A stretch of DNA of 64,000 bases, taken from Escherichia phage LF82-9. The stretch lies in sequence record PV660452. One strand, 5' to 3'. This document shows positions 56,650 to 64,000 of the stretch, one piece after another. The notes below the pieces were generated by a model. The model was not told the DNA's origin. It saw nothing but the letters and a program-made list of their open reading frames with translations, and made no database searches. Position 1 is the first letter of the stretch. Each line of letters opens with the position of its first letter. The position numbers and the translations under genes are program-made.

Positions 56650-57225
56650 TTGTTATTTACATTCTTCGACCCAATAGGATATAGTGCTAAAACAGTTGAT
56701 AAGAATGCACCTACTATTCCTATGACAGACATATTTCGTAACTATAAAGAGTACTTTAAACGTGTTGCTGCCAATTATAGATTACGTTCTTATTACATTA
56801 AAGGCTCTCCACGTCCTGAAGAACTAGCAAACATAATTTATGGCAACCCTCAATTATACTGGGTCCTTTTGATGTGTAATGATAACTATGATCCGTATTA
56901 TGGTTGGATTACATCTCAGGAAGCAGCGTATCAAGCGTCTATTCAGAAATATGCAAATGCTGGCGGAGACCAAATTCTTTACCATATTAACGAGAATCGT
57001 GAGAAATTTTACAATTTAGTTTCATACCCAGACGAGCCTTTAGTGTGGTATGATAAAGGTGATGAAGCTCGTAAGTATCCGCAATATAAAGGACCTTTAG
57101 CTGCAGTAGATACTTATGAAGCGGCAATATTAGATAATGAAAAACTTCGTAAAATAAAAATTGTTGCAAAAGAAGATATAAACTCGTTTATTACTGATTT
57201 GATTCGTGAGATGGAGATTGCATAA
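56650..57225 (+). CDS. 53: baseplate wedge protein gp53 (TTG start)
   Basis: MLFTFFDPIGYSAKTVDKNAPTIPMTDIFRNYK.. near-identical to T4 gp53; GGAAGGAG SD 6 nt before TTG. Confidence 0.93.
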   Translation: MLFTFFDPIGYSAKTVDKNAPTIPMTDIFRNYKEYFKRVAANYRLRSYYIKGSPRPEELANIIYGNPQLYWVLLMCNDNYDPYYGWITSQEAAYQASIQKYANAGGDQILYHINENREKFYNLVSYPDEPLVWYDKGDEARKYPQYKGPLAAVDTYEAAILDNEKLRKIKIVAKEDINSFITDLIREMEIA

Positions 57226-58958
57226 TGGAAATGATTAGCAGTAGCCTTAATTGGTTCGTGGGTGTTGTTGAGGACAGAATGGACCCATTAAAACAAGGGC
57301 GAGTTCGAGTTCGAGTCGTTGGTCTTCATCCAGCACAGAGAGCACAAGGTGATGTACAAGGTATTCCTACAGAAAAACTTCCGTGGATGACTGTTATTCA
57401 ACCTATTACGTCTGCATCAATTTCAGGTATTGGTGGTTCTGTTACAGGTCCTGTTGAAGGAACTCGAGTATATGGTCATTTCTTAGACAAATGGAAAACA
57501 AACGGGATTGTACTTGGTACATACGGCGGAATCGTACGTGAAAAGCCTAATAGACTTGAAGGTTTTTCAGACCCGACTGGCCAATATCCGCGACGTTTAG
57601 GTAATGATACGAACGTATTAAACCAAGGTGGTGAAGCTGGTTATTATTCAAACTCTAACGTAATTCAAGATAACAACTTGGATTATGGTATAAACCCAGA
57701 TGATACAGATTTGGCAAATATTCCAGAAGATGATGACCCTAATTTTACAATAACAGAAATGTTACGTCGTGACGAAGGACTTCGTGATAAAGTGTATTGG
57801 GACCATCTAGGGTATCCTACAGTAGGTATTGGACACCTTATCGTAATGGAAAAGACCCGAGATATGTCTCGAATTAATAAATTGTTATCTGACCAAGTAG
57901 GGCGTGAAGTAACAGGAAATCCAGGGACTATTACATTAGAAGAAGCAACAGCGTTATTTGAGAAAGACCTTGCTAAGATGCAGAAAGATATTCGTTCTAA
58001 TTCTAAAGTAGGTCCTGTTTATGCCAAAATGAATAGGTCTCGCCAAATGGCATTAGAAAACATGTGCTTCCAAATGGGTGTTGGCGGTGTAGCAAAATTC
58101 AATACTATGCTTAAAGCAATGGCCGCAGGCGATTGGAAAACTGCATACAAATCTGGGCGTGATTCGTTATGGTTCCAACAGACTAAAGGACGTGCTTCAC
58201 GCGTAACAACAATTATTTTAACTGGTAACATGGAATCATACGGTGTTCCTGTTAAAACACCACCTTCGCCTGGTGTTGGTGCCGATTTAGTTACTAGAAA
58301 TACAGATCCAGAAGATCCGGCTAGTCCTCCTGTTCCATTAGATTCACGTATCCTTTTTAAAGAACCGGAATCAAGTTATCGTGGTGAATACCCGTATGTT
58401 CATGCTATGGAAACAGAAAGCGGACATATCCAAGAGTTTGACGACACTCCAGGTAATGAACGTTATCGCTTAGTTCATCCGACAGGGTCATATGAGGAAG
58501 TTTCTCCATCCGGTCGTCGTACTCGTAAAACTGTAGAAGACCTTTTTGACATCACTAATGGCGATGGGAACTTCTTGATTTCTGGTGATAAACTTGTTAA
58601 CGTTGGTGCTAATGAAATATATTATAACATGGCAGACCGCCTCCATCAAATAGATGGCAGCGACACAATCTTTATTCGTGGTAACCAAACTAAAACTGTT
58701 GAAGGCGATGGAACTCTTTACGTTAAGGGCAATATCAAAATAGTTGTTGACGGAAATGCAGATATTCTTGTTAAAGGTGATGCTAAGACTCAAGTTGAAG
58801 GGAATCATGACTATACTGTCAATGGTAATGTTAAATGGACTGTCAATGGTAATGTTGATATGACTGTTGCTGGCAATTGGTCTGAGACAATGACTACAAT
58901 GAGCTCAATAGCTTCAGGACAATATACTGTTGACGGATCTCGTATTGATATTGGGTAA
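57225..58958 (+). CDS. 5: baseplate hub / tail-associated lysozyme gp5
   Basis: MEMISSSLNWFVGVVED.., OB-fold, lysozyme domain (GLRDKVYWDHLGYPTVGIGHL), C-terminal VxGxxxxx beta-helix repeats. Confidence 0.96.
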   Translation: MEMISSSLNWFVGVVEDRMDPLKQGRVRVRVVGLHPAQRAQGDVQGIPTEKLPWMTVIQPITSASISGIGGSVTGPVEGTRVYGHFLDKWKTNGIVLGTYGGIVREKPNRLEGFSDPTGQYPRRLGNDTNVLNQGGEAGYYSNSNVIQDNNLDYGINPDDTDLANIPEDDDPNFTITEMLRRDEGLRDKVYWDHLGYPTVGIGHLIVMEKTRDMSRINKLLSDQVGREVTGNPGTITLEEATALFEKDLAKMQKDIRSNSKVGPVYAKMNRSRQMALENMCFQMGVGGVAKFNTMLKAMAAGDWKTAYKSGRDSLWFQQTKGRASRVTTIILTGNMESYGVPVKTPPSPGVGADLVTRNTDPEDPASPPVPLDSRILFKEPESSYRGEYPYVHAMETESGHIQEFDDTPGNERYRLVHPTGSYEEVSPSGRRTRKTVEDLFDITNGDGNFLISGDKLVNVGANEIYYNMADRLHQIDGSDTIFIRGNQTKTVEGDGTLYVKGNIKIVVDGNADILVKGDAKTQVEGNHDYTVNGNVKWTVNGNVDMTVAGNWSETMTTMSSIASGQYTVDGSRIDIG

Positions 58959-58961
58959 TAT

Positions 58962-59477
58962 ATGGCACAAATACTTCCTTTAAATACCGACTTAGGAGAA
59001 GACATGGAAGTGGCGTCTATTGACGTCCTTTTTACTCCTCAGCTAGAAACGTCCGAAACTTTAGTGTCAATAAATATAACAGATTATGAACCGACACAAG
59101 GCATTACGGTAGATGGTAATCGTTTATATGGAACATATGAAAGTGTGTTTAGCTTTTCTTCGGATGCATTGAAATATCGATTAAATGATGATTTTAAAAC
59201 TGCATCTTCATGGGATGATTTACCGAAAGATGAATCCGCACAGTTATATTTGTGGAGAGCTCCTCAGAATCTTCGTAAAGTGTTTAGTTATACGGTTGAA
59301 ATGATTTATAACTACCAAGAAGAAAGTTCATCAGGCGGCACAAGAAGTGACTCTGGTGCAGAACCTCCACCGGCTCCAGTACAAAAAACTCTTACTAAGG
59401 TTTATACAAAAACTATAGTAGGAAATTGGAGCAAATGGGCACAACAATTACGAAACTATGTTTATATGAGGCCATAA
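58962..59477 (+). CDS. gp5.1-like hypothetical protein
   Basis: 171-aa ORF between 5 and 5.4. Confidence 0.6.
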   Translation: MAQILPLNTDLGEDMEVASIDVLFTPQLETSETLVSINITDYEPTQGITVDGNRLYGTYESVFSFSSDALKYRLNDDFKTASSWDDLPKDESAQLYLWRAPQNLRKVFSYTVEMIYNYQEESSSGGTRSDSGAEPPPAPVQKTLTKVYTKTIVGNWSKWAQQLRNYVYMRP

Positions 59478-59479
59478 AA

Positions 59480-59773
59480 ATGTCTGGCTTAAGTTACGAC
59501 CAGTGCGTTACAACAGGTCATGAAGCATGGCCTCCTACGGTAATTAACGCTTCTCAATCTAAAGTATTCACCGGTGGTATTCCTGTTCTTGTAGCAGGAG
59601 ACCAAATAACACCTCATACAGAAATTAAAAAACCATACGAGACTCATGGTGGTGTTACTGAACCTCGTACATCTAAAGTATATGTCACCGGTAAAAAGGC
59701 CGTTCAAATGGCTGACCCAATTTCATGCGGGGATACTGTTTCTCAGGCCTCGTCAAAAGTCTTTATCAAATAG
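59480..59773 (+). CDS. 5.4: PAAR-repeat spike tip protein gp5.4
   Basis: 97 aa, ATG at 59480; size/position as T4 gp5.4. Confidence 0.75.
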   Translation: MSGLSYDQCVTTGHEAWPPTVINASQSKVFTGGIPVLVAGDQITPHTEIKKPYETHGGVTEPRTSKVYVTGKKAVQMADPISCGDTVSQASSKVFIK

Positions 59774-59781
59774 GAATTAAA

Positions 59782-61752
59782 ATGGCAAACACTCCTGTAA
59801 ATTATCAATTAACCCGAACAGCGAATGCTATTCCCGAGATTTTTATCGGGGGCACATTTGCCGAAATCAAACAAAACATTATCGAATGGCTCAATGGACA
59901 GAACGAATTTCTTGATTATGATTTTGAAGGTTCGCGTTTAAACGTATTGTGCGACCTTTTAGCATATAATACTCTTTATATCCAACAGTTCAGTAATAGT
60001 GCGGTGTATGAAAGCTTTATGCGCACTGCAAACTTGCGTAGCTCTGTTGTACAAGCGGCTCAAGATAACGGATACCTGCCTGCATCTAAATCGGCAGCAC
60101 AAACAGAAATTATGCTCACATGTACGGATGCGTTAAATAGAAACTATATCACTATTCCGCGTGGTACTCGTTTCCTGGCGTATGCTAAAGGTACTTCTGT
60201 TAACCCGTATAACTTTGTTTCCACCGAAGACGTCATTGTAGTTAAAGACAAAAATAATCAATATTTCCCACGTCTTAGGTTAGCTCAGGGACGTATTGTT
60301 CGTACTGAATTAACATTTGATAAATTAAAACCTATCATTATTCGTGATAAGAACATTGACCGTAATTTGGTTAAATTGTATGTTGACGGAGCAGAATGGA
60401 TTAACTGGACTCGCAAATCGATGGTTCATGCTGGTTCTACTTCAACCATTTATTATATGCGAGAAACTGTTGACGGGAACACTGAATTTTATTTTGGTGA
60501 AGGTGAAATCTCTATTAACACATCAGAAGGTGCTTTAACATCTAACTACGTTGGCGGCCTTAAACCTGTCCAGGGTTCTAAAATCGTAATTGAATATATT
60601 TCTACTAATGGTGCTGAAGCAAATGGTGCAGTAGGATTCTCTTATGCTGATACATTAGCTAATATCACAGTTATTGGAATTAATGAAAACCCAAGTAATA
60701 ACCCTGACTTCGTTGGTGCGGATGGCGGTGGCGACCCTGAAGATATTGAACGTATCCGTGAATTAGGTACAATTAAACGCGAAACTCAACAACGATGTGT
60801 GACTGCGACAGATTACGACACATTCGTCTCTGAACGATTTGGTTCTATTATTCAAGCGGTTCAGACATTTACGGATTCATCTAAGCCTGGGTACGCATTT
60901 ATTGCTGCTAAACCTAAGTCTGGGTTATATTTGACTTCCGTCCAACGAGACGATATTAAAAATTATCTTAATGAGTATAACTTAGGGACGATAACTCCTG
61001 TTGTTATTTCTCCTGATTATTTGTTTATTAAAATGAATATTCGCGTTACGTATGCATTGAACAAATTACAGGAATCTGAACAATGGTTAGAAGGCCAAAT
61101 TATTAATAAAATCGACCGGTATTATATTGAAGACGTGGAAATTTTTAACTCGTCATTCGCAAAATCTAAAATGCTAACGTATGTCGATGACGCAGATATT
61201 TCTATCATTGGTTCGTCTGCGACTATTCAAATGGTTCGCGAGGTACAGAACTTCTACAAAACACCTGAAACAGGTATTAAATACAATAACCAGATTAAAG
61301 ATAGAACATTAGAATCTAACGTGTTTTCATTTGATAGTTTACGCGTTGACCCTGAAACGGAAGCTACTATTAAATACGACGTTCGCATTGTAGGTTCAGA
61401 TAGAAATGACCGTGGCATTGGACAAGTTATCATTGGCCCGTTTGCAGATGGCGACGTTATAGAAAATGCTTATATTCAACCATATACTGGTGACGATTTT
61501 AATAAACTTCATGTTACGGACGGAAGAAACAAATATTACTCTATAGGTGAAGTAAATTATCCTGCTGATTCAATTTATTGGAATATAGCTAAAATTGATT
61601 TAACTTCTGATAGGTTTGAAGTTCAAACTATTGAACTCTATTCAGACCCAGCTGATGATGTTATCTTTACTAAAGACGGGTCATTAATTGTATTTGAAAA
61701 TGACTTACGTCCGCAATATTTAACCATAGATTTGGAGCCTATTTCACAATGA
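59782..61752 (+). CDS. 6: baseplate wedge protein gp6
   Basis: MANTPVNYQLTRTANAIPEIF.. near-identical to T4 gp6; track ORF start is upstream alternative codon. Confidence 0.95.
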   Translation: MANTPVNYQLTRTANAIPEIFIGGTFAEIKQNIIEWLNGQNEFLDYDFEGSRLNVLCDLLAYNTLYIQQFSNSAVYESFMRTANLRSSVVQAAQDNGYLPASKSAAQTEIMLTCTDALNRNYITIPRGTRFLAYAKGTSVNPYNFVSTEDVIVVKDKNNQYFPRLRLAQGRIVRTELTFDKLKPIIIRDKNIDRNLVKLYVDGAEWINWTRKSMVHAGSTSTIYYMRETVDGNTEFYFGEGEISINTSEGALTSNYVGGLKPVQGSKIVIEYISTNGAEANGAVGFSYADTLANITVIGINENPSNNPDFVGADGGGDPEDIERIRELGTIKRETQQRCVTATDYDTFVSERFGSIIQAVQTFTDSSKPGYAFIAAKPKSGLYLTSVQRDDIKNYLNEYNLGTITPVVISPDYLFIKMNIRVTYALNKLQESEQWLEGQIINKIDRYYIEDVEIFNSSFAKSKMLTYVDDADISIIGSSATIQMVREVQNFYKTPETGIKYNNQIKDRTLESNVFSFDSLRVDPETEATIKYDVRIVGSDRNDRGIGQVIIGPFADGDVIENAYIQPYTGDDFNKLHVTDGRNKYYSIGEVNYPADSIYWNIAKIDLTSDRFEVQTIELYSDPADDVIFTKDGSLIVFENDLRPQYLTIDLEPISQ

Positions 61753-64000
61753 CAGTAAAAGCGCCAGCAGTCACGAGTCTCAGATTATCTAAATTGTCCG
61801 CAAACCAAGTTCAAATTCGCTGGGATGAGGTTGGCGCTAATTTCTACTATTTTGTGGAAATAGCTGAGACCAAAACAGCTAACGGGGAAGCAATTCCCCG
61901 TAATAGCTATAGATGGACTAATTTAGGATATACCGCTGATAACAATTTCTTTGAGTCTGGTTTAAATTCATTAACAACATATATGATGCGTGTGGCTACA
62001 GCAGCGGAGGGATTTGAGCAGTCTGATTGGAGATACACCGAAGAGTTTGAAACATTTGAAATAAACGCTTACACATTCCAACATATGATTGAAATGCAAT
62101 TAGCTAACGAGTTTATTTCTGAAAAATTTACAAAAAATAATACAAACTACGTTGATTTTAATAATGACACGATCATGGCAGCACTGATGAGCGAGTCGTT
62201 CCAATTTAGTCCTGCATACACCGATGTGTCATCGATTAGAAATTTTATAATTGGTGAAAATCAGTATCATGAAATCCAGGGGCATATCCAGGATGTATGT
62301 AAAGATATAAATCGAGTATATCTAATGGAATCTGAAGGAATTCTTTACCTTTTTGAAAGATTCCAACCTATTGTAAAAGTGTCTAATGATAAAGGCCAAA
62401 CATGGAAAGCGGTTAAATTGCTTAATGACCGTGTAGGATATCCACTTTCACGAACCGTATATTACCAATCAGAATATACGACGTATTTGCTCGGCTATGA
62501 TAAGATTTTTTACGGGCGTAAATCATCCGATATTCGTTGGTCTGCTGATGATGTTCGTTTCAGTTCACAAGACGTAACATTTGCTAAAATCGGGGACCAA
62601 TTAAATTTAGGTTTTGATGTAGAGATTTTCGGTACATACGCGTCATTGCCAGGAAACGTATCACGTATTGCAGAAGCTATTACTTGTAATGATGACTATG
62701 TTTATATTGCGGCCAGAGATAAAGTTCGCTTCGTTAAAACCAGTAACGCTCCTATTGATTCAGATCCATTATCTCCGACCTATTCCGAACGGTTGTTTGA
62801 ACCTGAGATGTTTACAATAACAGGCAACCCTAAAGCAGTTTGTTATAAAATGGATTCTGTTGGTGGAAGAATATTCGCTCTTATTATTGGTGAAGTCGAA
62901 AACGTTAATGACGACCCAAGAACAAAGCCTATTTTGGATTCTGTTGATAAAGGTGTATACGTTTTAGACCATGACGCTGGAACATTTAAAAGGATATTTG
63001 GTAATACTGAAGAAGAACGCCGTCGTATAGAACCGGCTTTCACCAATATGTCTACTGACGGTGTTGAGCTTTATATCTCTTCTAGTAATTTTAAATTTTT
63101 AGAATCTGATATTGTTGACGACCCGGAAACGCAATCTAAGTATGGACTTTTAGGAGCGGTTAAGTATGAATATCCTAGAGAATGGCTCGCAGATAAACAT
63201 TACCATATGATGATTTTCGCATCAAACGAAGAAAGTAATTGGGAAACTTTTTCACCAACTCCTATGCAGTATTATGCAGAACCTTTCTTTAGTTATTCTA
63301 GAAAATCAGGCACACGTTCTTGGATTAATAACTCTGATAGAGCGGTAGTGATTTATTCTGATTTGCTTTACACAAAGGTAGTGGAAAGCTACCCTAGCAC
63401 TTCACCTGATCGTAAAGTTCACGAATACTGGAATGATGGCGATTGTAAGATTGTTATGCCGAATATAGAATTCACTGGATTTAAAAAATACGCGTCTGGT
63501 ATGTTGTTTTATAAATCATCAGGTGAAATAATTTCATATTATGATTTTAGTTATCGTGTTAGAGATAACGTTTCTATAATTTGGAAGCCCACTAACGTAT
63601 TTTTGACCGCCTCATTACAAAACCAAGAAAAAGAAACTTCTTGGGTTCCTGTTGAAGAGACAGGTCTAGCTGACCCGGATTTACGCCCATTACTCACTAC
63701 AATGATGCCAGAGTCTTATCTGTTGGATAATACAAACTTTGAAGCATTTTGTGAAGCGTATATTCAATATCTTTCTGATGGATATGGGACTCATTATAAT
63801 AACTTATTGAATTTGATTAAAAATAAATACCCGCGAGAAGAACACGCATGGGAATATCTTTGGTCTGAAATTTATAAACGGAACATTTATTTGAATGCTG
63901 AGAAACGTGATTTAGTTTCTAGGTTCTTTGAGTCCAGAAGTTATGATTTTTATTCTACTAAAGGAACTGAAGCATCGTATAAGTTTTTGTTTAAAGTTCT
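61749..64000 (+). CDS. 7: baseplate wedge protein gp7, N-terminal ~750 aa (continues past window end)
   Basis: ATG at 61749 overlapping gp6 stop; MTVKAPAVTSLRLSKLSANQVQIRWDEVGANFYYFVEIAETK.. matches T4 gp7; no stop in window. Confidence 0.92.
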   Translation, partial: MTVKAPAVTSLRLSKLSANQVQIRWDEVGANFYYFVEIAETKTANGEAIPRNSYRWTNLGYTADNNFFESGLNSLTTYMMRVATAAEGFEQSDWRYTEEFETFEINAYTFQHMIEMQLANEFISEKFTKNNTNYVDFNNDTIMAALMSESFQFSPAYTDVSSIRNFIIGENQYHEIQGHIQDVCKDINRVYLMESEGILYLFERFQPIVKVSNDKGQTWKAVKLLNDRVGYPLSRTVYYQSEYTTYLLGYDKIFYGRKSSDIRWSADDVRFSSQDVTFAKIGDQLNLGFDVEIFGTYASLPGNVSRIAEAITCNDDYVYIAARDKVRFVKTSNAPIDSDPLSPTYSERLFEPEMFTITGNPKAVCYKMDSVGGRIFALIIGEVENVNDDPRTKPILDSVDKGVYVLDHDAGTFKRIFGNTEEERRRIEPAFTNMSTDGVELYISSSNFKFLESDIVDDPETQSKYGLLGAVKYEYPREWLADKHYHMMIFASNEESNWETFSPTPMQYYAEPFFSYSRKSGTRSWINNSDRAVVIYSDLLYTKVVESYPSTSPDRKVHEYWNDGDCKIVMPNIEFTGFKKYASGMLFYKSSGEIISYYDFSYRVRDNVSIIWKPTNVFLTASLQNQEKETSWVPVEETGLADPDLRPLLTTMMPESYLLDNTNFEAFCEAYIQYLSDGYGTHYNNLLNLIKNKYPREEHAWEYLWSEIYKRNIYLNAEKRDLVSRFFESRSYDFYSTKGTEASYKFLFKV

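Overview
This 64-kb window is a segment of a T4-like (Tevenvirinae) myovirus genome, closest by eye to RB69-type phages: the gp43 DNA polymerase, gp45 clamp, gp44/62 clamp loader, RegA, endonuclease VII, NrdC, DenV and lysozyme sequences match my recollection of the T4/RB69 proteins (from memory, no database search run). Positions 1-56588 are a dense minus-strand array of early/middle genes (dCMP hydroxymethylase, replication genes 43-regA-62-44-45-46-47, gp55, nrdD/nrdG/49, tk, regB, denV, e, nudE, a 10-tRNA cluster, 57B/57A/1/3/2/4). Positions 56650-64000 are plus-strand late baseplate genes 53, 5, 5.1, 5.4, 6 and the start of 7. The most notable content is a ~4.4-kb block inserted between gene 43 and the gene 42 homolog (SIS sugar-phosphate isomerase, fused nucleotidyltransferase/kinase, HAD phosphatase, Cys-rich protein), with no recognisable alpha- or beta-glucosyltransferase at the T4 positions. 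This fits a nucleotide-sugar pathway feeding a non-glucose hmC modification (arabinosyl-hmC has been reported for RB69); the enzymology is inferred from motifs only. Other observations: about 19 early-promoter/stem-loop cassettes in front of small accessory ORFs, a 4-copy conserved terminator hairpin, a P-loop gene broken at a T7 homopolymer, five internal-protein-like genes with capsid-targeting N-termini, three tandem small paralogs, GrcA-like, macro-domain and 2H-phosphoesterase (57B/Acb1-like) genes, and four unlisted ORFs under 60 aa. ORF-track starts include GTG/TTG codons, so several starts were moved to internal ATGs with Shine-Dalgarno support. No CRISPR, integrase or transposase was seen.
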